From positions 1 to 64,000 of the IMG/VR virus record IMGVR_UViG_3300022220_000003: a DNA stretch of 64,000 bases. The stretch is one strand, 5' to 3'. Of this stretch, positions 30,059-38,159 are shown piece after piece. Each line of letters begins with the position of its first letter. Within the stretch, counting starts at the first letter, position 1. This DNA is from a virus. The notes beneath the pieces were generated by a model. The model was not told the DNA's origin. It ran no database searches and saw only the letters and a program-made list of their open reading frames with translations. The position numbers and the translations under genes were made by a program.

Positions 30059-30216
30059 GCACCGCGGGTTGCTCGGCCCCACCTCGGGGCCGGGCGGCGG
30101 GGGTGCCACGAGGCGCAGCGGGGCTCGGTCCTGTTTTTTGTTCCTTGCGGGGCTTGCCTACCTTGGGATCATGTTTACCACGTTGACACCTTGAGGGCGC
30201 TAGGGTAGGGGGTGGT

Positions 30217-30959
30217 ATGAGCGACCTGGAAAAGTTGATAACCGCCAAGGAAACCTACGATTCGACACCTACAAATCTCGACCTCGAGGACGCGTTGGAA
30301 TCCGTACTAGGCACCCTCGAGCTGGTGGCCCGGGCTCAGGTCGCGGCGGCGTTGATCCAAGCCAACCCGAGTTTTGTCGAGGCTCCTAAACTGTTGGCCA
30401 ACACCGTCAACAAGATCACGCTAGCGCTGGCGTTCAACCAAGGGGAGCAAACGGAGCAAACGAACAATGTCGACCCTTGATAGTTCGGTGTGGGCCGTGA
30501 GCCGGGCCCTCGAGAAGCGCAACGAAATCGAGCTGCGTCGGGTCAAGGCCCTCGAGTTTCGAAACCAGATCGAGATCTTGCGGGCGGTGGTGGAGTATTC
30601 CAACGGCGCGGGTGGCCTTGGGTCAAAAGACCTCGCCGATCGGGCGTTCGAGATCCACCAAATGCTCAAGGAGCGGCCCTATGCCAGATCCTAAAGCCCC
30701 CTCGGTGGCCCTGCTCGAGGAACAACGCCGCCTAAACCCCGATCTCGCGGCCATCTATCGCCACCTCCTTGGGATCCGTGAGGACCTCGCCGTGATCACC
30801 ATGGCGATTCTATCCGAGCGGGTGATCGCCGCCGGCGTACCCCTCGAGGACGTGCCCGTGAGGACCGCTAAGCTCTATTCGACCTACCTCCACAATGTGC
30901 ACACCATCCGAGAGCGCCCCGAGCCCCCCACCGGGGGCCGGGGGCCCGCCGGGCCCTAG
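30217..30959 (+). other. Three small coupled hypothetical genes
   Basis: 30217-30480, 30467-30694 and 30681-30959, after TTGACA-17-TAGGGG. Confidence 0.55.
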
Positions 30960-31231
30960 CGGTAGGGTAGGCCGCGGGCCTTATTGATGGCCCGAGTTGC
31001 GAGCCTACGCAATTGGGATCCTAGGTGATAATAGTTGTTGACCGATCCGGCCTCGCGATACCGCTGGCCCCGATCGGAGATCCGCAACACGAGGGCGCCG
31101 GTGGTGTGCACATAAATGTGCCCGTCAAAGGCCTCAACAACGCGATATTCTTGGCCCCTCGCGTTGAACGTGGCCGAGGCGGTAAAGAGGGGAAGTTGAG
31201 CAAAGTTGGTGTCTGTGTTCGTTGTGGTCAT
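30956..31231 (-). CDS. Leaderless hypothetical early protein (D-left)
   Basis: ATG directly follows GCATACTAAGTATGC. Confidence 0.65.
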   Translation of the reverse strand: MTTTNTDTNFAQLPLFTASATFNARGQEYRVVEAFDGHIYVHTTGALVLRISDRGQRYREAGSVNNYYHLGSQLRRLATRAINKARGLPYR

Positions 31232-31612
31232 GCATACTTAGTATGCAACACCGGTGCCAGGTTTTCTGAGGTATTGGGGCCGTATTGGGGTGATACCGGT
31301 ATGATACCACGCCTAAAATCAAGCACTTGCGGCCGGCGGGAGAGCTCGGAGGTGTGTGGGTGCAATACCTCTATGACTTAGGTGTCATAGTTGTACTTGG
31401 TTGATATTACTAGGGAAACCGGTGATTTTACGTATTTACTATGACATTAAAGTCATAGGCTACTTGGTTGTTTTTGTTGAGCAAAGGGCGTTTTCGGTGG
31501 TTTGCTATGACATAAATGTCAGGGTTGGTTATTGGGCCGTTGGCTTCGAGCCTAGTTTATCGGGTGTTTGCGGGCCTGGCAAGTTGGCACCGGTGTTGCA
31601 TACTAAGTATGC
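31232..31612. promoter_or_regulatory. Bidirectional sigma54 enhancer cassette D
   Basis: TGGCACCGGTGTTGCA at both ends (31244-31259 -, 31585-31600 +); palindromes at 31371, 31439 and 31505 (last imperfect); perfect IHF site AATCAAGCACTTG at 31317-31329. Confidence 0.85.
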
Positions 31613-32263
31613 ATGACCAACACGAACAAAACCACCGCCACCTACGAGAGCGCCCGGCAACTAGTCGCCACCCTCCGCGGGGAGCTCGAGCAGCTCACCT
31701 TGTTGCCCTCCGACACCCTCGAGATCTGCGATCAGTTGGTTGCTCGTGTCGAGCTCGCCAAGGCGCGGGCGGATAGCGCGCCTAGCGATATCGTGAAGTT
31801 TTCGCGGCCCGAGCCCGAGAGCGTGCTCGAGCGTGAAAAGGCGGCGGCCCGCCGGGCGGGTGCGGCGGCGGTGGTTGAGGACGCCAAGGCCAAGGCCGAG
31901 TTTCTGGCCAAGACTGCAGTCAAGGGCCCTCGCAACCCCGTGCACTTGGTTGAGGTCGAGGAGGGCCACCACGTTGACGTGATCCCCCGCAAGTCGATTC
32001 GTCTGCACGGCTTGGACCGCAACCGCCGCAACGGCCCGGTGGCCTACGATCGGACCTTCGAGATCGGCGACTCGGCCGAATACGACAGCTATAACACCTC
32101 ATTTATCGGCCGGATCGTGGCCATCGGCGCCAAGACCGTGACGATTGACACCAAGATGGGTGAGCGGCGGCGATTGAAGCTCGAGCAGTTCTCGTGGCGC
32201 AACCGCCACTTTGACCTTGAGACCGTGGCCCGCCGCAACGCCGAGGAAAGTTATTACATCTAA
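31613..32263 (+). CDS. Leaderless hypothetical early protein (D-right)
   Basis: 216 aa; ATG abuts the palindrome. Confidence 0.7.
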   Translation: MTNTNKTTATYESARQLVATLRGELEQLTLLPSDTLEICDQLVARVELAKARADSAPSDIVKFSRPEPESVLEREKAAARRAGAAAVVEDAKAKAEFLAKTAVKGPRNPVHLVEVEEGHHVDVIPRKSIRLHGLDRNRRNGPVAYDRTFEIGDSAEYDSYNTSFIGRIVAIGAKTVTIDTKMGERRRLKLEQFSWRNRHFDLETVARRNAEESYYI

Positions 32264-32279
32264 CCAAGGAGCCAACACC

Positions 32280-33103
32280 ATGACCACCAACGTACGCACC
32301 GAGCGCAAGTTTGAGACCTACTCCCGCGGGGCCGAGCTCGTGAGAGCTATCAAGGCCATGTGGGAGTGCAACGAAGGTGACCGCGGGCGGCCCGATGGTA
32401 ACACTCGGATCAACACTCGTATTGAGGCCCTAGCGGCCGAATACGATTTGACCTCGGTTGAGTGGATCTATTGGGCCCGCATCGCCATGGGGTTAACGAA
32501 ACCCAATCAACTTTACCTTTGCCGCGGCCTCCCAACACACTGGGTTGCCACCGACGCCAACAATCAGCCTTGGCTGTTTCCGGCGGTGGCGGGTGGGTGG
32601 AAGCACCGAACGCGGTTCGTTAGCCACCTCGAGGCCTTGATCGAGACCGACAACCTTTACGCCACCGGTACGGGGTGGTGCAAGTCTGAGGAGGGTTCAC
32701 CATGACCACCAAAACCACAATGTGGGAAGTCTACAACCCGAGCTCGGGGCACAGTCTAGGCCATTACAAGGCCGAGAGCTCCGAGGAGGCGATCGAGGCG
32801 TGCTGCCGGGCGGCGGGGTACGGGTCGGAGGCGGAGGCCTCCGCGGCCACCGGCGGGCGGGGGGTGCTCCGAGCTCTCGAGGTTGAGGAGGTCGATCTCA
32901 ACACCGACAACGGATCCAAAACGCGGGCATACCTAGACGAATCAGGGTTTGCGACCTTCGAACATGCCAACGCCGCGGGCGATCGGATGATCGTCAAGGC
33001 CAAGGGCAACTGCCTCGAGATTGTGCCCGCGTCCGGTTGTTGTCTCAAATCCAATGTGGAGCACGCCGGCCGGGCCGTCTATATTTGGGTGCAACCATGT
33101 TGA
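32280..33103 (+). other. Two hypothetical genes (32280-32705, 32702-33103)
   Basis: AAGGAG and GGAGG RBS; ATGA coupling. Confidence 0.55.
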
Positions 33104-33372
33104 CCATGTTCGTTGTTGGGTGGCGCTGCGGGTGCGGTTGCGAGACCTTGCACCGCATGTATCTGAAAACCTCACAGGAGGCCTTGGCGCTAACGGTGCA
33201 GCTCCGCGATAGCACCGCCACCGAGACCTGGGTGTGGCGAATGCGACTCCCGCGGCGCAAGGAGGCGATCCTAGTGGCGCTCAACTACTGCTGTGGGGCT
33301 CGATATCGAGCTCGAGGGGGAGCTCGAGCAGCTCGCGCACCTAGTGCGATCCGATTGGGAGGCCGAGGCGGA

Positions 33373-33486
33373 GGCCGAGGAGCCGACGCACGGCGAGGGC
33401 CCGCCCGGTGGCCGAGGAGCCGACGCACGGCGAGGGCCCGCCCGGAGGCCGAGGAGCCGACGCACGGCGAGGGCCCGCCCGGTGGC
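33373..33486. repeat. 3 x 37-bp tandem repeat
   Basis: GGCCGAGGAGCCGACGCACGGCGAGGGCCCGCCCGGW starting at 33373, 33410 and 33447. Confidence 0.9.
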
Positions 33487-33505
33487 GAGTTTCATTGAGT
33501 GGCCT

Positions 33506-33521
33506 TGGCCCGCGGATTGCA
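33506..33521 (+). promoter_or_regulatory. sigma54-type promoter of the Fis-type HTH gene
   Basis: TGGCCCGCGGATTGCA; same box-to-ATG distance as the leaderless cassette genes. Confidence 0.55.
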
Positions 33522-33533
33522 AGGAGATCGGAT

Positions 33534-33776
33534 ATGACGAAAAAGGTATCCAAAACCACCCGAAATGGCCATTTACTTGGACGGTTAGTCCGTGACGCGG
33601 AAAAGGCCATTATTATCCAATACATAGCCAAGCATCGCGGAAACAAGACCCACGCGGCCGAGGCCCTCGGGGTGACGCACCGGCATTTGCAGCGGCGGTG
33701 CGTGGCGCTCGGTATCGAGGGGGCGGACCTCGAGGGCGGCAACGTGGGTGTTGTAATCGTGGGCGGGCTTGTGTAG
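33534..33776 (+). CDS. Stand-alone Fis-type HTH (HTH_8) protein 2
   Basis: AEKAIIIQYIAKHRGNKTHAAEALGVTHRHLQRR. Confidence 0.8.
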   Translation: MTKKVSKTTRNGHLLGRLVRDAEKAIIIQYIAKHRGNKTHAAEALGVTHRHLQRRCVALGIEGADLEGGNVGVVIVGGLV

Positions 33777-34411
33777 GCTCGGGCCTACTCCGGATTTTCG
33801 GTTTTCGCGCAAAGCCCCCGGCTCTAGCAGGCCGGGGGCGCCTATGCTAGGGTGGAGCCGGCCCCCGCGTCTCAATTCATGGTGATCAACCGCCCGCGGT
33901 AGCCTAAGCCATTGCCAACGAACGTTGATCGGGGTGTGGGGGCCACCAAATAGGTCAGGCATTTTCTCTTGTGAAAGTCCATTGATTTCGGTGTAGTGTG
34001 GCGCGCTATGTCGATAGACGATCAGCAATTCATACGGATTCCTGAGCCCCATATCGGCTGGGATACGGGGCTACTGCTGCGGGTGGTGGCTGGGGAGCTC
34101 CGCGGGGCGGAGCTCCGCCGCGAGGTGGATTATATCCACGCGGTGGAGCGGGTCTCGGTGGACATTTCGCAGCAACTAGTGAGGACGGCGCAAGGGTCGG
34201 TGAGGTGGGCGTTGATCGATCTCGTGGTCTCGGGCCTACGACGGCGTTTGCTCGAGCTCTCGAGCCGGCCGGCGGGGCCGTTGCCTCCTCGGGGTTGGCC
34301 TTGCGCTTAAATGAAAAAGTCCAATGATTCCAAGAGGTAACGCCATTTGGGGGTGCTGGTGGGGGTTTGGGCTTAAATAATGTGGGCGGTCTAGTTTGGC
34401 GCGGAGCCCGG

Positions 34412-34792
34412 TTAATCCTGTTGGTTGCGGTCGCGGTCTCGGTCTAGGTCGCGGTCGCGGTCGCGGTCGTTTGGTCTCGATTTGTTCCGTATCCGGGCCA
34501 GGAGTGGTCCGGTCTCGTTTTCGGGCGGGGTTTCGAGCGGTGGGAGGTGGTCTCGTATGCCCGGGCGCCTTGGGCCACTGTAGCGGCCGGTATTCATGCG
34601 TTCAAATGGCCAAATCGAGTAGGCCTGGCCCGTGTCGGACTCGGCGAGGTCTGGGGTTACTTTCTCGAGGGTGTGGGGCCTCGTTTTGCACTGGCATACC
34701 GGGCAACGGATCTTGGTGGTCACGAGGTGGCACCGGTGGCACGTAGGGGCCGTGAAATAGGATCCGATCGTGGTGTTGACGGGGCTCGGCAT
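34412..34792 (-). CDS. Hypothetical zinc-ribbon protein with RD-repeat tail
   Basis: CHRC..CPVC motifs; DRDRDRDLDRDRDR tail. Confidence 0.4.
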   Translation of the reverse strand: MPSPVNTTIGSYFTAPTCHRCHLVTTKIRCPVCQCKTRPHTLEKVTPDLAESDTGQAYSIWPFERMNTGRYSGPRRPGIRDHLPPLETPPENETGPLLARIRNKSRPNDRDRDRDLDRDRDRNQQD

Positions 34793-35469
34793 ACTGCACC
34801 TCGAGGGGTTGATTGGGGGCAGCTTATCACGGGCTCGGGTGGAGGTTTACTGGCATGGTGTGACGTCACGATGTGTCAGGTTGTTGTGTATGCATACACG
34901 ATGCCAAAAAATAATGTTCTGGGTTATTGGGGGGTTAGGTGGAGGGTATGGCGGGCTTTGTCAGGCTGTTTGGATGATGTGGTGCGTCATTGAGGTGGGG
35001 TTGGCGGTTTGGGGTTATTTAGGTGGGTTGTTGTCGATTTGGTTGATTGAAAAAGTGGTGTGTTTGTAGGGGTTTACAAGGGGGGCTTGACGTGACTTGT
35101 CAACGTTTTTCGAGGCGTAACGATTACAGGTAGTTAGCTACTTATGTAAGTGGTTATGGAAGTGGTGGGATGTGTCGAGTTGTGACAGGTGGCGGTGTAA
35201 GTCGGTGTAATCGTTGCGGTATTGGTATGGGAGGGCGTGGGGGGTGATTGGGTGTCTCGATTTGTGGACAGTGTTGCGGTTCCGAGTGTCTTGATTTGTG
35301 GACAGGGGTGGCGAAATTTCGCCAGGGGGGTTTTGGGGGTTTTGAGGGGGTGGGGTGAGGGATTGAGTTAGGGGGTGGGTTTGCGGCGGTTTTTGGGGCC
35401 TTAGGGGGCTTGTCACGTGGTGGTGTAGGGTGGTGGGGAGGTGTTTCGGTTGGTGGGCACGGCGGGAGA

Positions 35470-35551
35470 TGTGCACCATTTTGGAGCAGTTGGTGAGGGG
35501 TGTGCACCATTTTGGAGCAGGTGGGGTGAAATGTGCACCATTTTGGAGCAG
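35470..35551. promoter_or_regulatory. Triple NtrC-type enhancer box array
   Basis: TGTGCACCATTTTGGAGCAG at 35470, 35501 and 35532 (31-bp period); core is one mismatch from TGCACCA-N3-TGGTGCA. Confidence 0.6.
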
Positions 35552-35843
35552 TTACAGGTTGGTGAGGTTGAGGGTATAAGGTTTTGTTATAGGTGGGTAG
35601 TGTTTTTGGGCGGTTTACTTATGGGTTTTGGGGGGTTGGGGGTTGTTTGTGGGCGGCCCGCGGCGGGGTGGACGCGACCGGCCTCGGGCCGGGCCTGGTG
35701 CTGCGGTGTAGGCCCCGCCCGCACCTCCGCACCGCTCCGCCCCTAAGCCCCGTCCTGTGCAGCTCTCGAAGAGCTCCCCGGCCTCGATCTCGGTTCCCAG
35801 TGGTTCGTCCCTATGGGAGCTCGAGCTCGGCGAGCCGTGCGAC

Positions 35844-36191
35844 CTAACGAGGGCCAACACCGTACACACGGCGGTCGAGGGCGATCCGCAGCTCGGCATG
35901 GACGCGTTTGGCAACCTCAAACTTGGTGGCCGCGTCGTTGAGCTCGGCGTTAGTCTCGCCGCCCATGAACATGGCCCACAAGCTACCAACGCCCCCGGTG
36001 GCGTCTGCGATAGCTCGCTTACGCTCGGCCGCCTCCTCAACCTCGGCCGCGGCCTCGGCGATGGCCTTGGCGAGCTCGGCACGATAGATAAGCTCGGCGC
36101 TACGGTCGGTGCCCGCGGCGGCCCGGTAGGCGGCCTGGGTGTTCTCGACGACGGTGGCGAGGGCGGCGGCGGTGGTAATAGTCTTGGTCAT
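35844..36191 (-). CDS. Ala-rich helical hypothetical protein
   Basis: GAGGA RBS; MTKTITTAAALAT... Confidence 0.55.
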   Translation of the reverse strand: MTKTITTAAALATVVENTQAAYRAAAGTDRSAELIYRAELAKAIAEAAAEVEEAAERKRAIADATGGVGSLWAMFMGGETNAELNDAATKFEVAKRVHAELRIALDRRVYGVGPR

Positions 36192-36202
36192 GGTCTCGAT
36201 CC

Positions 36203-36334
36203 TCAGAGCACCACCGCGGCGGCGGCCTCGTTGCGGGCGGCGAGCTTGGGGCGGCGGGTGCCCTCGCCACCGACAACCAAGACCACAATCGCGACCACCG
36301 CGATAACTGCCTTGATTGTCTTGTTGCGTGTCAT
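36203..36334 (-). CDS. Leaderless 43-aa single-TM peptide (E-left; not in the ORF track)
   Basis: MTRNKTIKAVIAVVAIVVLVVGGEG...; ATG abuts the palindrome. Confidence 0.55.
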   Translation of the reverse strand: MTRNKTIKAVIAVVAIVVLVVGGEGTRRPKLAARNEAAAAVVL

Positions 36335-36762
36335 GCATACTTAGTATACAACAACCGTGCCAGAGCTCGGGGGTGGCACGGCGGGTGCAACTCGAGGAGG
36401 GCGACACAATATCAAGGGGTTACGGGCCGAGAGCTCCCCGCCGAGCTCCCCGAGGGCCGTGTTTAGCGTGTAGGGCCAATACCTCTATGACTTAGGTGTC
36501 ATAGTTGAGATTAGGGGCTAACTACTCGTAATGAGGGCGAAAATGCCAATTGGTACTAGACTACTATGGCAATCATGTCATAGTTGAGGATTGGGCTAAC
36601 TGCACGTAATAGCGAAAGAATCCTAGGTTAGACCGATTTACTATGGCATCTATGTCATAGCTATGATGCTCTGCGTTATCAAGGTGATTGGCCTAAGTGC
36701 TTGATATTGTGTTGAGAGCTCCTCGCCACGGTATTGGCATCAGGGTTGCATACTAAGTATGC
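36335..36762. promoter_or_regulatory. Bidirectional sigma54 enhancer cassette E
   Basis: TGGCACGGTTGTTGTA (-, 36347-36362) and TGGCATCAGGGTTGCA (+, 36735-36750); extra inward box at 36374-36389; palindromes at 36485, 36564, 36641; perfect IHF sites at 36410-36422 and 36694-36706. Confidence 0.8.
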
Positions 36763-37134
36763 ATGAGCACAACGAGAGGAAACGAGACAATGAACGCAAT
36801 CACCACCGAGATCAAGTTTGCCAAGGCTGAGATGGCCGCGATTAACTTCCAAGGTGCAGGCCCCGAGCTTGGACGACGTTTTTGTCACCTCCGCCGGTTG
36901 GTTAAGCTGCTCAAGGAGCTCGATCGGCTCAACGGGTTGGGACTCGCCGAGCTCGTCACGGTTGAATACGAGTCCGAGGACGTCCCTAGCACATGTGTTG
37001 TTTTTTGGGCGAACACTGATGCCACGGCCGATATCGTGGGCAAACGCTCGGGCCAAGAAGTTGCGCGGCTTTCATCGCGTGAATTCTTTATCGAGCTCTC
37101 GTTGGCCCCCGGGCGTATGCCTGGTTTCTTTTAG
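36763..37134 (+). CDS. Hypothetical early protein (E-right), paralogue of 29708-30058
   Basis: VEYESEDVP motif; leaderless ATG, with an alternative RBS-led ATG at 36790. Confidence 0.65.
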   Translation: MSTTRGNETMNAITTEIKFAKAEMAAINFQGAGPELGRRFCHLRRLVKLLKELDRLNGLGLAELVTVEYESEDVPSTCVVFWANTDATADIVGKRSGQEVARLSSREFFIELSLAPGRMPGFF

Positions 37135-37450
37135 GCCAGCCAAACCCCAACGGCCGAGACTGCACAAAAGTGGCCGTTGGCCTCGGAGGGGCTCGAGGGA
37201 TCTCCAGGGGTTGCGGCGAGAGCTGCGGGCCGATCACAGGACGTCAACAGCCACTTTCCTCGAGCTCTGGCGCGGGAGCTGAGCTCGGCGAGCTCTGGGG
37301 AGGTAAGCGCGGGGGATCTTTTGTCCCACACCCCCCACTGGCAAAAAAACTGCGAAAATAGTTTTTTCCGAGGTACTGGCTCCCCCACCCACAAAACGCG
37401 ACCAAAACCCACCCCCACTTATGTATACTTAGTGTACACACCATAGGGCC

Positions 37451-37596
37451 ACCACCTGGTCACCTGGCACACCACCTGGTCGCCTGGCACACCACCTGGT
37501 CACCTGGCACACCACCTGGTCGCCTGGCACACCACCTGGTCACCTGGCACACCACCTGGTCGCCTGGCACACCACCTGGTCGCCTGGCACACCACC
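37451..37596. repeat. 7 x 20-bp tandem repeat (iteron-like)
   Basis: ACCACCTGGTCRCCTGGCAC x7 plus a partial copy. Confidence 0.9.
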
Positions 37597-37712
37597 GCCG
37601 CCACCGCCGCCTAGTCAACCTCACCGGACGATCGTGGGGCGGGCAAAAACAACAACTTTTGAAGGGAGGTCGCCAAGGGGGGCAAAAACAAGGTGCAGCG
37701 GTAAACCTAGTG

Positions 37713-38120
37713 TCAGGCGGCCGACTGCTCGAGGCCCACCGCGTCCACAAACGCGGCAAGGTTGGCCTCGGTGGTGTTGGACGGCTGCCAAGTATGCCCG
37801 AGCAGGTCCACCAAGGCTCGGAGGGATGCGGCGATGTTAGGTTCACCTCGCCGAGCTCCCCACAACCAAAGGGCCCGCGTCCGAGGTGAGGCCTTAAACG
37901 TTGGAATCCTTACATATTTTGAGTACACCCGAACGCCGTTCCAAGTCTTGGCCCGCGGGTCGGACGGTTTGGACACCGCATCGGCTGTTTTGGGGTCACC
38001 GCAACACTCTAAAATCATTGATAAAAGCAGGTGGCACGCGTCGTCACAGCTCTCGATACCGTGCGCGTGCCCCCATTGTGCCAAGGTTTTAAATTGCTGG
38101 TCTGTCAATCTCATAATCAT
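37713..38120 (-). CDS. Hypothetical protein divergent from the primase gene (possible DNA binder)
   Basis: MRLTDQQFKTLAQW, an RHH-like start. Confidence 0.4.
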   Translation of the reverse strand: MIMRLTDQQFKTLAQWGHAHGIESCDDACHLLLSMILECCGDPKTADAVSKPSDPRAKTWNGVRVYSKYVRIPTFKASPRTRALWLWGARRGEPNIAASLRALVDLLGHTWQPSNTTEANLAAFVDAVGLEQSAA

Positions 38121-38159
38121 ATCAAGTAATTAGCTCATTTCTGGAGACCAAGTCAAGGG

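Noticed and set aside
25071-36660. CTATGAC-N6-GTCATAG triplets as mini-CRISPR arrays
   Set aside because: Repeat centres vary, the spacers are homologous between cassettes, there are always three units, and no cas operon is present.
37451-37596. 20-bp array as CRISPR or as sigma54 boxes (contains TGGCAC)
   Set aside because: No unique spacers, and no GC at the -12 position.
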